Below the pieces are notes generated by a model that was not told where the DNA came from, ran no database searches, and was given only the letters and a program-made list of their open reading frames with translations. DNA of 64,000 nt, taken from positions 39,104,001 through 39,168,000 of the forward strand of contig CP068257.2 in the NCBI GenBank assembly GCA_009914755.4. Direction: 5' to 3'. The translations under genes were made by a program, and so were the position numbers. The DNA is from the human T2T-CHM13v2.0 reference genome, Homo sapiens. This document shows, piece by piece, positions 27,361 through 44,799 of the stretch. Each line of letters begins with the position of its first letter. Position 1 is the first letter of the stretch.

Positions 27361-30300
27361 TTTAAAGATGAGGAAATACAATTATCAAAAAAGTTAAGCA
27401 GTATCCCCTAAATTACCCACCTGGCAAGCGGTAGTCAGAGTTTGAATGCCTCTGTCTCAAAAGTACAATTTCCAAAAGGTACTTTTCACTAAACAAATTT
27501 ATACTTACACTTACTTTACTGAAGAAGACTTCTGCATTGAGATATAACATTCCACTCTAATTGGAGCTCAGAAGACTTTCATTTCATGATCTTTATGGCC
27601 TGAATACAGAGCGGCTGAATCAACCACTTTGAAGAGCTACAGAACAGATTTTATTGACGGCAACTAGCAAAAAGCAGTACATCCCACAAATGAATGCAGC
27701 AGTGCTCCCACAGACATGGTTCATATAGAAATTCACATGGTAAAATACCACTAATAGACTCCCCATTCAATACCATCTTGCCCAAAATAAATTGTTTCTG
27801 CATCATCAACTCCTGGCAACAACTTTGCTATATCTGAGTTGTCATTTCTCACAATAATGGTCTTTTATTCCACTTGGGGCCTGTCACCTGGAACAAATAA
27901 GGTCTTTACAAGGTCCCAGAAAATGAGAAAATGTTCTCCATAAATTATATTTTTCTGAGCTTATTCCCCACTCTGACATAATACAAGAGGTTAACCTGCT
28001 AGAGATGTCGAATTTCACACCCCAAAACATGCAGTGAGGATCTGCTTATACTAGAAGAAAAAAACAATCAAATGTATATTTTAAAAAATTAAAATTTGAG
28101 ATAAAGAAGTACATTTAAAAAAAAATTTTGTGATACAAGAGAGTTATTCTGATACCATGTTTCTGTCTGGTCAACAGTTCTCAGGATCTTTCACAAGTCC
28201 TTGATCTGAGGAATTCTCCCTATCATTTCTCAAAATTTTTCTTTGTTCTCATGATGTAAATAGGTCAAAATTTCTTATAATCAAATCTGCTGACCAATAG
28301 ATCTAAATACAATTCTATAAAAAGTAACAGTAATTATGAAGGAGAAACATGAGCAAGATTGCAGAATAGAAGACACCCTGACATTATTTCCTCCACAAAC
28401 ATACAACTGGAAACTATTAAAAGACAAGAATACCACCATGAATTCACCAGAACTTGGGGAGAAGTGGAGAAACCCACTAGGCCATAATAACTAAGAAAAA
28501 TGGTCATTTCAGACTGTGCCACTCTCTTCTCCAGGCTTGTATAATGCCACTCACAGAGAATTGACACAGACTCATGGTTTCTAAGGTGGGAAGATGGAAT
28601 TGGAGGTGGATGTTTGATCCCCCTACCAGTATGGGAATCTTCATGGGAAGCCCACTCAGGTCTCACTGCACAGGAACCCCTGGGAGAGCTAGGAGGGCTG
28701 AACTACCTGGGGTGAACTGGGGACAAAAAGTGGGGGTGCTGATCACTTGGTGCTGGAATCTTGGAGCTCCAATCAGCAGGGATGCAGATGTCATACTGAG
28801 GAGACCGGCCAGCACTATAGTGCTGCAGGAAGCATGATCGGCAGGAAGGTCTGAATCTCTGGCCAGACTTCCCACAAAGCTCAGGTGCTCATGTGGAGTC
28901 TTCCCCTGACCTGGAAACAACTGAGTTTGGAAATTAAGTTCCTTTGGAAATTAAGTTCCAGTACGTATTTAAGTCTTTCCCAGACCAGGAAACAATAGTA
29001 GAGTAGCAATTTAGTTCTAGTCCAGTGTTTAAGTTCCAGTGCTCACTATAAGTGTTCCCTAGACTGGGAAACAATGGCAGGGCAGTGATTAAGTCCCAAT
29101 ATCAAGTAGTAGAGGTCCAACACTAATAACACCAGCAGAAGCTGGAAGAGTGGCTTTCTCTTCAAATATGCAGGCATCATCATAAAACACGCAAAAATTG
29201 TTTAAAAAAAACAAAACAACAACAAAAGCAATCTCAGGGAAATATGATGCCACCAAAAGAAACAAACAAAACTCCAATAATGGACCCAGAAGAATTAAAT
29301 ATCTATCAAATGTCTGAGAAAGAATTCAGAATAATCCTCTTTAATTTCAGGGAGTCACAAGAAAATGTGGATGGAAAATGCAGTGAAATTTTGAAAGAAT
29401 TTGAGAAATTTAGCAAGTAAATAGAAACACTTTTTAAAAATCCAAATAGAAATCCTAAGAATAAAGAATACAATAACTGAACTTATTGAAATTTATGAAA
29501 AGCTTATTCGAAATCTTCAATAGCAGACTTAAAGAACCCACAACCTCAAAGACAGAACATATAAAATTACCCAATCAGAGGAGAAAAATCTTTAAAAAAA
29601 GATTGAAGAAGGCCTATGAGAATTATGAGATACTATCAGGCAAACTAACCTCTATATAATAGTAGTTCCCCAGGAGATAAAAGAGAAAAAGTTCTAGAAA
29701 GCATGTTTAAGGAAATAATCGCTAAGATATTCCTAAATCTGGAGAAAAAGGACAGTATCCAAGTATAAAAAGCTCAGAGATCACCAATCAAATTCAACCC
29801 AAAGAGAAATTAACCAAGGCACAGCATCAAATTATCAAAAAGCAAAGATAAAGAAGAAATACTCAAAGCAGCAAGAGAAAGAAAACATATCACATTCACC
29901 TGAGCCCCAGTGCAAGTTTCAGCAGATTTCTCAACAGATACACTGCAGGCCAGAAGAGACTGGGATGATATATTCAAAGTGCTGAAGGGAAAGAACCTTG
30001 TAGCCAAGAATAGTTCACATGGAAAATGTATCCTTCAAACACAATGGAGAGATAAAGACTTTCCCAGACAAGGAAAAGCTGAGGAAATTCATCAACATCA
30101 GATCTGTCTTACAAGAAATGCTGACAAGAGTTCTTCATCTGAAAGAAAAGGGTGCTAATTTGTAACAAGAAAAGATCTAACGGTATAAAATTCACTGGTA
30201 AAAGTAAGAATACAGACAAATTTAGAATACTATAATATTGTAATTGTGGAACGTAAACCACTTGGATCTTAAGTATGAAGACTAAAGAAACAATTATTAA

Positions 30301-30648
30301 AGATAGTAATTACAACAATTAGTTAAGAGTTAATATAAAAAGATGTAAATTGAAACATCAAAAATAAAAATGAACGTGTGTGGGATGGTGTTAAATGTAG
30401 TTTGTTTTTCTTGCTTTAATTTGCAGTCAAAGTTAAGTTGTTAATCAGTTTAAGATAACTTGTTTTAACTATAACATGATTTTAAGCATCATGGTATTTA
30501 CAAAGCAAAAATTTATAATAGATACACTAAAAATAATGAGCATGAAATCAAAACATACTACTAGAAAAAAAAAATCTCTCAAGGAAAACAATAAGAGATG
30601 AAACAAGGTAGAAAGGATCTATAAAACAACCAGAAAACAAGTAACAAA

Positions 30649-30867
30649 ATGGTAGTAGTAAAGCCCCACCTAACAATAATAACCTTAAATGCAAATGAAT
30701 TAAAATCTCCAATTAAGAGACATAGAGTGACTGAATGGATTTTTAAAAATGCCCAATTATATGCTGTCTACAAGAGATCTTTCACCTATAAAAACATGCA
30801 CAGACTAAAGAGATGGAAAAAAGATATTCCAAACAAATTGAAGCAAAAAAAAAAAAAGCAGGAATAA
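30649..30867 (+). pseudogene. Decayed L1 ORF2 endonuclease N-terminus (part of the element above)
   Basis: The translation MVVVKPHLTIITLNANELKSPIKRHRVTEWIFKNAQLYAVYKRSFTYKNMHRLKRWKK aligns to L1 ORF2p MTGSNSHITILTLNINGLNSPIKRHRLASWIKSQDPSVCCIQETHLTCKDTHRLKIKGWRK. Confidence 0.75.
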
Positions 30868-32445
30868 CAATATTTATATCAGATAAAATAGACTTTAGGT
30901 CAAGAATGGTAAAAAATAAACAAAAAGACCATGATATAATGACAAAGGGATCAATATAGAAAGAGAACATTACAATTGTAAATATGTATGCACCCAAAAC
31001 TGGGACTCTCAATATTTGAGACCCTCAAATATGTAAGGAAAACATTAATAGATCTGAAAGGTCTGTAGATTGACTATAATACAATAAGAGTAGGGAACTT
31101 TAATACCCCTACTTTCAGCAATGGAAAGGTTATCCAGACAGAAAACCAACAAAGAGACGTTGGATTTAAACAGCCTTCTAGATCAAATGAATCCAACAGA
31201 CATTTACAGAACTTTCCACCCAATAGATTCAGAATACACATTTTTCTCAACAAGACATGATATTTTCTCCAGGATAGATTATGAAAGTCACAAAACAAGT
31301 CTTAGAAATTTTTTAAAAATCAAAATCATATGTGTCTTTTCTGACCACCATGGAATAAAACTAAAAATCAATAACAGAAGAAATGTTCAAAACTGTAAAA
31401 CTTCATGGAAATTAAGCAACATGCTCCTGAGCAACAGAGGAGTTAGTGAAGAAATCAAAAATAAAATTTAAAAATTTCTCGATCAAATGAAAATATGCAC
31501 ACAACATACCAAAACCTATGGGATATAGTAAAAGCAGTTCTAAGAGGGAATTTTACTGTGATAAATGCCTACATCCAAAATGTAGAGAGATCTCAAATAA
31601 AAAATCCAATGTCACAACTCAAGAAATTAGAAAAGAAGGACAAACTGAACCCCAAATTAGAAGGGGAAAAATAACAAAAATCAGAGCAGAAATAAACAAA
31701 ATAGAGGTTTTAAAAACAATACAAAAGATCAAGAAAACAAGGAGGTATTTTTGTTTAAATAAAAAAAAAAACAACAAACCTTAAGCTAGACTAAGGAAAA
31801 AGAGAAAGGACTCAAATAAATAAAATCAGGGATGAAAAAGGAAACATTAAAACTGATACTACAAAAATTTAAAGGACCATAAGAGCCTATTGTAAATTTC
31901 TATATGCCAAGAAATTGGAAAATCTAGAAGAAATGAGTAAATTTTGGACAGACACAACCTAGCAAGATTAAATCATGAAGAAATAGAAAATCTTAATAGA
32001 CCAATAATGAATAACCATATTGAGGCAGTACTAAAGAATCTCCCATTCAAAAAACTCCCAAGACTTAATGGTATCACTGATAAATTCTACCAAACATTTA
32101 AAGAAGATTTACAACTAATCTTTCTCACAAGAATTCTACCAATTCTTCCAAAAAATTGACAAGGAGGGAACACTTCCAAACTCATTCTATGAGGCCAGCA
32201 TTACCCTGATCCAAAAATCAGAAAAGAATACAACAACAAAAAAGGAAGCTATAGGCCAATATTCCTGATGAATACAGATGCAAAAAATCCTCAAGAAAAT
32301 AGTACCAAACTGAATTCAATAATATATTAAAAAGATAATTCACCATGATCAAGTGGGATTCATCACAGAGATGCAAGAATGATTCAACATACACAAATCA
32401 ATAAACATAATATTACCACATTAACAGAATCAAGGCCAAATCCAT

Positions 32446-32781
32446 ATGATAATTTCAATAGATGCTGAAAAAAATTTGATAAAATTCAATTCCTTCATAA
32501 AAATCCTCCAGAAATTGGTTATAAAAACAACACACCTTAATTTAATAAAGGCCATATATGACAAATCCACAGAGAACATCATACTGAGCAGGAAACAGTT
32601 GAAAACTTCATTTCTAAGATGTAGAACAAGACAAAAATGCCCACATTCACCACTTTTGTTCAACATAGCACTGAAGATTCTGTCCAGAGTAATTAGGCAA
32701 GGGAAAGAAAGAAAAGGCATCCAAATTAAGAAAAGAGGGAGTCAAATTTTCCCTGTTTGCAGACAATATCATCATAATTAG
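32446..32781 (+). pseudogene. Decayed L1 ORF2 reverse-transcriptase segment (part of the element above)
   Basis: KAIYDKSTENIILSRKQLKTSF...[33 protein letters not shown] matches the L1 RT block [58 protein letters not shown]. Confidence 0.8.
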
Positions 32782-34329
32782 ATAGATGGTTAGAGAAAAG
32801 CCTAAAGACTCCATCAAAAAAAAAAATATTAGAACTAATAAATGAATTTGGTAAAGGTGTAGGATATAAAATTAACATATAAAAATCAGTAGTGTTTGCT
32901 ATATGCCAATAGCAAACTATTTGAAATTGAAATTGAAAAAGTAATTCCATGTACAATAGTTACAAGGTATAAATAAAATGCCTATAAATAAACTTAACCA
33001 AGGAGGTGAAAAATCCCTACAATGAAAACTATAAAACGCCAATGAAAGAAATCGAAGAGGACACAAAAAATTAGAAAGATATTCCATGTTCATGGACTGA
33101 AATAATGTTTAAAAATATACATATTATCCAAAGTGATCTACAGATTTAATGCAATCTCTATAATAAAAATCTCAATGACATTCTTCACTGCAATAGAAAT
33201 AACAATCCTAAAATTCATATGGAAATGCAAAAGATCCTGGATAGCTAAAGGAATCTTCAGCAAAAAGAACAAAGCTTCAGGCATCACTCTACCTGATGAA
33301 AATATACTGCATAGCTATAGTAACCAAAACAGGATGACACTGGCGTAAAAACAGATACATTGATGAATGTGACAAAATACAGAACCTAGAAATAAATATA
33401 TGTATGTATATCCAAATGATTTTCAACAAAGGCACCAGAAGTACTCATTGGGGAAAGGACAGTATCCTCAATAAACGGTCCTCGGAAACTGGATATCCAC
33501 ATGCAGAAGAATGTAACTAGATCACTATCTCCATATTCAAAAATCAACTCAAATAAGATCAGAGGCTTAAGTGTTAGGACCATAACTATGAAACTACTAG
33601 AAGAAAACATAGAGGAAATGCTTCATGGAATGGAGCAAGGATTCTTTAAAGACAACCTCAAAAGCACAGACAACAAGAGCAAAAATAGACAAATGGAATT
33701 ATATCAAATTAAAAATCTTTTGCACAGCAAAGGAAATAACAGATTGAAGAGACAACTTACAGAATGGGGAAAAAAAACTATTTGTGCACTATGCATCTGA
33801 CAAGGGATTAATATCCATAATATATAAGGAACTCAAACAACTCAATATCAAAAAAGCAAATAATTAAATTTAAAAATGGACAAAAGATCTGAATAGATAT
33901 TTTTCAAAGGAAGACATACAAATGGCCAACAGCTATATGAAAAAATGCTCAACATCACTAATCATCAGGGAAATGCAAATCAAAACCACAATGAGATATC
34001 CCTTCACCTTAGAATGGTTATCATCAAAAACACACAAAAAATTTAACAAATGCTGGTGAGGATGTGGAGAAAAGAGAGCTCTTCCACGCTGTTGGTGAGA
34101 ATGTAAATAAGTATAGCCATTATGGAAAGAGGCATGAAAGATCCTCAAAAATTTAAAAATAGAAATAGCATATGAGCCAGCAGTCCCATTACTGGATATA
34201 GATCTAAAGGAAATGAAATCAGTGTGTTGAAGGGATGTCTGTACTCCATGTTTACTCCAGCGCTGTTCACAGAAGCTGAGAGATGGAACTGACTTAAATG
34301 TGCACCTACAGAGGAATGTATAAAGGGCG

Positions 34330-35955
<1,626 letters not shown>

Positions 35956-37013
35956 TACACACATCACCATGGATAAATCTCAAAGCAATAATGTGGAGAA
36001 GAAAGCTAGTCCCAGAAGAACTCTTCCTCTGTGATTCTAATTACATAAAGTTCAAGAGCATGCACATCTTAGCAAAATATTACTTAAGGCTACAAACATG
36101 TGGTACAACTACAAAGAACATTGAGGATTAGTTAACAAGGAGTTCAGGAGAGGGGTTCCTACTGTAGGGTGGGGTGGGGACGTGATTGGAGAGGAGCACA
36201 CAGGGGCCTTTTCAAGGACACTCTTCTATTTCTTAAGTGGGGTTCTATTCATGTTTATATTTTGTGTAAAAAAAATTAAGTTACATTTTTAAAAGACAAA
36301 AAAAGACAAAGTTACATTTAAAAAATCATTGAAGCAAGCAGAGTGCATCACCTCCTTGTAATCCAATATTCATAATATAAATGACCCCATCCCCATCTCC
36401 TCGGCCACTGATCTGATGCCTCTGTTCTGCTTATCTGCTGCATTACCAGCTCACTGTGCAGCAAATTCACACTATTCATTGTTAGCTCTATAGCCCAACT
36501 GGATGGCAAACATCCCAATAGACAAAACTCCAAGAAGAGTCAAAACAAGAATAAAGTGCAGGTCATCTTTTCTTTTGCACTCCTGACAGCACTTTGTACA
36601 TGGTAATAATAATCTACCAATTAACTACATAAGCCACATGGTTTTATCATAGTGTGAAGCTTTGTATCCAGAAAGGAGAGAAGGCTCCCTAAGACTCTGT
36701 CAAGAGTGGGTGCTTCCTTTCTGCTGTAACCTCTTCTTTTCTCCAAAGCCAGCTCACCTCTTCCTCCTGACTGAGCACAGCTGGGGCCCTCCCCTAGGTC
36801 GGCTTAATGAGGTGGGGCCCTCCCTCTGGCTTGGAATCCACACACATTCCTGCAGCCAAATGCTGCAGCAAGAGGCAGGGACCACGTTTAATGCTTTTCC
36901 TTGGGAAACTGACCTGTGTCTCCACTAATATCTGACAATTTGGCAAGAGGACCAACAAGATTTGAGGCAATATGTGATAAAATATGCAGTTATTTAAAAA
37001 AATACTTTTATAG

Positions 37014-37175
37014 ATTGGGTGCAGGGACTTGTGTTTGTAATCCTAGATACTGAGAAGGCTGAGGCGAGAGGAGCACCTGAGCCCAGGAGTTTGAGGTCAC
37101 AGGGAGCCATGATTACATCACTGTACTCCAGCCTGGGCATCGGAGAAAGACCCTGTCCAACAGAACAACAACAAC
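37014..37175 (+). mobile_element. Alu-family monomer (FRAM or AluJ right-arm-like)
   Basis: gggtgcagggacttgtgtttgtaatcctagatactgagaaggctgaggcgagaggagcacctgagcccaggagtttgaggtcacagggagccatgattacatcactgtactccagcctgggcatcggagaaagaccctgtc followed by (caa)n-like A-rich sequence. Confidence 0.7.
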
Positions 37176-39639
37176 ACAAATAGTGTTCCAAAACTGGATA
37201 AGAATGCAGATGTTCAAAGGAAGCCCTGAAAATAAGCTCAATTTTAAAAAGCGGGGAGTAAAGAATTACAAAAGGAAGGAAAGGAGGAGAGAAGGGGAGA
37301 AGAGGGAAGCAAGGAGGAAAGGCAAGTGTTTTGTTCACTAGTATATCCCCAGAAACGTTTAAATAATAGACACTAAGCATTTGTTGAATGAATGAAGTAA
37401 TAGATGAAATAGATGTGAAGCAATGGGAGAAAATATGGACTTACATGGCTAACACCCTGTCACGTGGCCTGCACCTGAATCTACACAACAGGCCCCTCAG
37501 CCTCCACCATGTAACAGAGTTCAGGGAGCCCAGCCTTTTTCTTCTAACACCTCAATGCCAGACTTGCTCCATGTTGGACACCAGCTTATCTGTGCTTCTG
37601 GTACCCCAGAGGTACTTGATGAACATACTGTTTTATTTATTTAACACATTTGGAGAGAGTATCTGCAAGGATTCCTCCAATGTAGTATATCAGGAGGTAT
37701 TCCTTGGTCTGTGAGTTCCCAGAAAATGACCTCATTCTATGGAAAATCTGGTTGTCCATGGTTAGTCCAATGTGGTGACACAAAATGGAAATCCTTAAAA
37801 CTAAAGAAAGAATTACAGTCATTTAATAAAGACAATGAAACTGAAACATCATGAATCATAGTTTAGGAAATCAATTTGTAATGAAGAAACATTTAGTATG
37901 GGAGAAGGGAGTGAGTAAATTACCTACGGAAAGATGAAGCAACACATTTATACAAAGTGTCAATAGATAAAATGGACACACCTTTAGATGTATATTATAC
38001 TGATTTTAAACCACACACATTGGTAACAAATAGACTAATCCATTTCCAAACTAATTGGATTGCTGGGTGCACATTACTATCAGAGTAGCCAGAGGTAGGC
38101 TTCAAACTAATGGTAGTAATTGCTTTTAAACAACCTTTAGATGAGTCCAGGCATCTTAAATGTCCTATTTATCTCCCTTTCCTATTGTAGAAATTATGCT
38201 ACAGATCAGCCTAATGGGGGACCCACACCTAATAGACATACAAAGGACAATTAGAAGAGTCGAGAAGTAAAAAGCAAAAAATGAAGTTTTATAGAACGAA
38301 TGAAGACAAAAATCTGAACCGCACCTGAAGTGGAGCTGGGCCTTGTCACGAACAAAAACTTACAGTGCAAGGTTCTGCAGCTGGCTGGCTTTATGACCTT
38401 GAGCTTCCACTTAACCTGTCCACACTTCCAGTTTTCATCTACAAATTGAAGGGGGTTGTGCAAGCATTTGACATTCTTTCAGTTGCTATGGGCAGTGAAC
38501 CTATGAACATGACAGTGACAGCAATGGCAAGAAACAGCCGTGAGGTCTTCTTGCCATCAGGCCAGAGCCTCTTTTCTTGCTCAGACTCCGCTGTGGGGAG
38601 CAACCGCACACCAGACCCTCCGACACATCCTCCGTGTTTCTGCCAGCTCTGCCACTATTCAAGTTCTCCTGATTTTATCAGCACCTGCTCTTGTTCTCCC
38701 ATGCCCAGGACCACTATAATAGCCTCCTTTCTATTTTCTGCTAATCATCACTCCCCTAAAACACACAACAGGTGCAATACTTTTGACATATTAAATGTGT
38801 CTACCTTCAGAATCCCCCAGAAGGAGACTCTGTGACAGGGATTCAAGCAAAAGTAGTTTATGTGAGGTAGTTGGTTTCAGGAAACACAGGCAGGAAAGGA
38901 GGCAAGTGAACAATAAAAGGAAGACGGTCAATGAAGGGCACATTATAGCAAGTCGCCACTATGAGAAATGGCAGCTTCATCTCTTGGAGACACTGAGAAC
39001 CAGAGCAGGACCCTGCCTCAGTTACTCTTCCTGAAAGCCTAGCTAGCTGAGGTTTACATCACCACCTCCGGCTGTCACTGGCCGTGGCTGCTCTCAGGAG
39101 TCAATCTCAGGCACTTTCACCTGCCAAAGAGAGTCCTTAGGGGAAGTGTTGCTACTGGGCAGCTGGAAGTGCTGCCAGGAAATGGTAAGGAGGTGACAGG
39201 CTCCAGGCAGGCACCAACAGCACCTGCAACACCACTGCTCATTTTTGTTTCTTAATTGTCCTGTGTCTCCTTCACACACGGAGTTGATGGCAGCCATTGC
39301 TTCAAAGAAAGATACAGCCTAAAATAAAGACTCAGGGTTTTGCTCTGAGTTTCTGATTTGTTTCTCAAGTCTATGGTAAGCATTTCATTTGAAAGTCTGG
39401 ATTTATAGGACAATTGAGAGGGAAGAGAGTTTTCTAAATTCCCAAAGCCTCCTTCTGCATTAAGGCAGAACAAAGCTTGGAGGTCTAATGATGGAGTTTT
39501 GCCACAAGACATGGTGTGAAGACTTAGAATATGGCTCAGGACAGAGTTCCCACAACATGGAAGAGGAAGGGAGATGATGCAGTGGGCAGGACATGGAGAG
39601 ATTTGGGGGATAAGGATGAGGTTAAGATGTTGCCTAGGG

Positions 39640-39958
<319 letters not shown>

Positions 39959-40257
39959 TTAAAAAGATGTTGCCTGGATTCTTGAGAGGAATCTTAGATT
40001 TGAGGGTGGGTATGGTTTAGATGATAGAAACTCTGGATTGGTAGGAGTGGAGAAAAGGAAAGGGAAGGTCTCCCCTACCCTGAGAGGCCACAGCAGAGTG
40101 AAAATGCTGCAATAAAAAGATAAGGCAGAGAGCAGGACTGAGGTAGCACCCTGGCCCCCCAAGGTATAGGCGAGTTGTGTAGGGGATTCCAAAGTTTACT
40201 GATGTGAATTTAAGAGCAAAATGAGATGCTCATACACCTTGAAATGAGATATTCATA

Positions 40258-40440
40258 TAGCTTCTATGGCAGACTATTTGCAAAAAATGGCTGCAATAAA
40301 TTCTGTCATCCTTCATGCATGTCCTTTGCAATGTGACTTTGCTGCTCCCCTGACTTCTCTACTCCTAGAATCTGGTGTTCGCCATGCAACTGGCTTTAGT
40401 TACAGGAATATTGGCAGATCTGATGCAAGAAGTTGGGAAT
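40258..40440 (+). repeat. Copy A of an interspersed repeat of about 185 bp, possibly the 3' end of an ERVL-MaLR internal region; paired with copy B at 41855-42036
   Basis: tagcttctatggcagactatttgcaaaaaatggctgcaataaattctgtcatccttcatgcatgtcctttgcaatgtgactttgctgctcccctgacttctctactcctagaatctggtg...ttacaggaatattggcagatctgatgcaagaagttgggaa. It is about 88% identical to 41855-42036 and lies immediately upstream of the LTR at 40494. Confidence 0.5.
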
Positions 40441-40493
40441 TAAATTAAAACAGATAGCACTTATTTAGTAATTGCTTTATGCATGTCACTGTA

Positions 40494-41220
<727 letters not shown>

Positions 41221-41234
41221 ACTTCATATTTTAA

Positions 41235-41400
41235 CTTCTTTTATCCTACAACTCACAGCCATAGGAGGGAGGTATTATTATTCTTGTTTTATAAATGAGG
41301 AAGCTGAGGCACAGAAAGGTTGGTCAAAGGCCATACAGTTTGCACGTCTTAGAGGTAGTATTGCAAGCCAGACGATATAACTCCCAAGTCTGTGAGATTT
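41235..41400 (-). mobile_element. MIR SINE fragment, antisense
   Basis: cctacaactcacagccataggagggaggtattattattcttgttttataaatgaggaagctgaggcacagaaaggttggtcaaaggccatacag matches the reverse complement of the MIR core (tcacaacaaccctatgaggtaggtactattattatccccattttacagatgaggaaactgaggcacagagaggttaagtaacttgcccaaggtcacacag). Confidence 0.55.
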
Positions 41401-41455
41401 ATCTCTAGAATATTTACAATTCAGCCAGTAAGGAAGATTGCCCATCAAATGGTCA

Positions 41456-41489
<34 letters not shown>

Positions 41490-41493
41490 TGTA
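41456..41493. repeat. (TG)n microsatellite, about 19 units with one interruption
   Basis: Read directly. It lies between the Alu target-site flank and the Alu poly-T. Confidence 0.95.
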
Positions 41494-41494
41494 T

Positions 41495-41805
41495 TTTATT
41501 TTTATTTTTATTTTATTTTTTTGAGATGGAGTCTTGCTCTGTTGCCCAGGCTGGAGTGCAGTGGCGTGATCTCGGCTCACTGCAAGCTCCACCTCCGGGG
41601 TTCACACCATTCTCCTGCTTAGCCTCCCAAGTAGCTGGGACTACAGGTGCCCACCACCAAGCCCGGCTAATTTTTTTTGTATTTTTAGTAGAGACGGGGT
41701 TTCACCATGTTAGCCAAGATGGTCTCGATCTCCTGACCTCGTGATCCACCCGTCTCGGCCTCCCAAAGTGCTGGGATTACAGGCGTAAGCCATCGTGCCC
41801 AGCCC
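41495..41805 (-). mobile_element. Alu SINE (full length, AluY/AluSc-like, relatively young)
   Basis: (ttta/ttttta)n tail then antisense Alu. It carries the AluY-diagnostic stretch ggtctcgatctcctgacctcgtgatccacccgtctcggcctcccaaagtgctgggattacaggcgtaagccatcgtgcccagccc. Confidence 0.95.
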
Positions 41806-41854
41806 ATGTGTATATATTGTTACTCTTCCACATATATAAAAGGTCATGTCACTC

Positions 41855-42036
41855 AGCTTCTATGGTAGACTATTTGCAAAAAATGGCTGCAACAAATTCT
41901 CTCATTCCTCATGCATGTCCTGTGCAACGTGACTTGGCTGCTCCCCTGACTTCTCTACTCCTTCAATCTGGAGTTGGCCATGCAACTTGCTTTAGTCACA
42001 GGAATATTGCCAGATGTGATGCAAGCAGTTGGGAAG
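41855..42036 (+). repeat. Copy B of the repeat of about 185 bp (see 40258-40440)
   Basis: actcagcttctatggtagactatttgcaaaaaatggctgcaacaaattctctcattcctcatgcatgtcctgtgcaacgtgacttggctgctcccctgacttctctactccttcaatctggagttggccatgcaacttgctttagtcacaggaatattgccagatgtgatgcaagcagttgggaa. Confidence 0.5.
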
Positions 42037-42269
42037 GGCATGAGCATTGTGGCTTCCTGGGACATGGGTCCACCACCCGAGTACTAGGCTAGGCTAGTCC
42101 ACCAGAGGGTAAAGAGCATGTGCTGAGGCCCAGTTGTGCCTGCCATCCGATTTGAAGCCCAGACACTTAAGAGAATCAAGAGAGTGCCTCTCCTTACTAG
42201 AAGAGCTGCACAGCTGCCCCCACAGAATCATGAGAAATCATAAATGTTTGCCACTTTGGGCCACTAAGT

Positions 42270-42720
42270 TTTGGCATCAAGTCTTGATTGAATCCTCCCT
42301 ATGTGTGGAGTACTGTTTCATGTGGGGGAATACACGTATATCCATCACAGTGGACAGAATCGTGTCCCCCTAAAAGGTAAGTTCAAGTCCTAACACCCAG
42401 TACCCGTGGATGTGACCTTATTTGGAAATAAGAACTTTGTAGATGTCATCAAATTAAGATGAGGTCATACTGGATTACAATGATCTCTAATTCAATGACT
42501 GGTTTTCTTATAAGAAGAGGAAAATCTGGACAAAGACCCAGAGAGGCAGACACAGACCCACAGGGAGAACACGGTATGATAGATATGACAACAGGGACTG
42601 AGAAGGCAGCCACCAGCAGCCACAGAGAGAGGCGAAGCAGACTCCCACCAGGAGCTTCAGAGGGAGACCACCGTGCTCACACCTTGACTTTAGACTTCTG
42701 GCCTCTAGAACTATGACAAA
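42270..42720 (+). mobile_element. LTR-like interspersed repeat (ERVL-MaLR MLT-like)
   Basis: gtgtccccctaaaaggtaagttcaagtcctaacacccagtacccgtggatgtgaccttatttggaaataagaactttgtagatgtcatcaaattaagatgaggtcatactggattacaatg...acacagacccacaggg...ccttgactttagacttctggcctctagaactatgacaaaataaattcctcctgttttaggccacccaatgtgtggcactttgttacggctgtcctagg. This is the characteristic MLT1-type body. Confidence 0.5.
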
Positions 42721-42785
42721 ATAAATTCCTCCTGTTTTAGGCCACCCAATGTGTGGCACTTTGTTACGGCTGTCCTAGGACATTA

Positions 42786-43083
<298 letters not shown>

Positions 43084-44379
43084 TTACATGATTTTCTTAT
43101 TTTGGGGGGTCTATTTATGGTTTTCCTTTGAACCCCTCAGGCCAACTCCGGTTTTGTCATCAGCTGCTTGCTTAGGCGAGGATGAGGGGGGCAGCTTGGT
43201 TTCTTGGGGAAGCTGGGGGCTAACCTGGCTCCTAAAAGGGCCTCTAGCCCAAAACTTCACACCCCAAATGGTCTTGTCTTCCTCCCAGTCATGACACACT
43301 TGGTTCAAGAGAAATGGGATTCTTTAGTGGGCCTGATGAAGACCCTCATGCCCTGACAGATGATACATAGTAGCATCTTAAAGATGTTAAGGATGACTTT
43401 TGATTTTTAGCCCTTTATCTGACCCACAACCATTTATTCTTGTTAATAGATCATCATAAATAAAGAACGCAAGTATGCTTGTGACAATCCTTAGAGTACA
43501 GGGATCCGGACTGCACAAGGCTGCCTGGAAGGGGTGTGAAATGGGGTAGTGAGGAGGCACAAAAAGGAGAGGGAGAGAAGGGTAGAGAGAAGGGACACAT
43601 AGCTCCTCCCAGCCTGGGGCCTTTGCTCTTAGTCCCATCCTGTCTCATCTCTTGGCATTGAGTCTCCCAGTCCATCCAAGAGGATTCCAGGTTGGATTCC
43701 ACAGTCCCCAGGCTCTCAGCCTCCCACGTGCTCCAAGCCTATCCTGAGTGCCCATCTCACTCCCACCACTCTCCATGACCCCATGCATCAGGACTCCTCC
43801 TTGCCCCCACATTCTCCAAGCATCATGGTCACCTAATAGCCGGCTCTGCTTTGAATTCCTCATTGCCCCTGGAATCTTTTCAGGTTGGATTACATCTTTT
43901 TAAGCCTGAATAAAAAAACCAACTGAATGATCTTTAAAGTGCACGTGACTCGCTTGTGCCCTTCTGATCATGGATAAATACCCATATCCCTGGGGGCAGC
44001 CTGCCAGCTGGCCTGCCTATCTCTCTGTCCCCCAGTCAAGGTGCACCTGCAGGCTAATTATGCACATCAATACGGCGGGGAGTGGGCTGTCCAGACTCTT
44101 CTGTGCTGCCCTCAGTTGGGTTGATTGCTGGGGCTGGCCTCGGAGCACTTGCTACGGGAGCATGAGAACCATTCTGGCTTCAGTCCAGGACTTCAAAGCC
44201 AGCTCCCCATCCCTCCTGCCATCATCCCATGAGCCTGCCCCTGGCAGCAGTCATTGCACAGCCTGGGGTGCCAGTCTTTGCTTCCCTCCTTTTCCTTCCT
44301 CACTGCCCCCTTCTATCTCCATCACTGTCCCAGATGAAAATGCAGCCATCGCCCTCCACACATCAAAAGGGGGAGGTGA

Positions 44380-44790
<411 letters not shown>

Positions 44791-44799
44791 ACATTCACA

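Noticed and set aside
27200-27397. 65-aa Ile/Val-rich ORF
   Set aside because: It is produced by an imperfect ATC/ATT trinucleotide low-complexity tract. It has no start context or conservation rationale.
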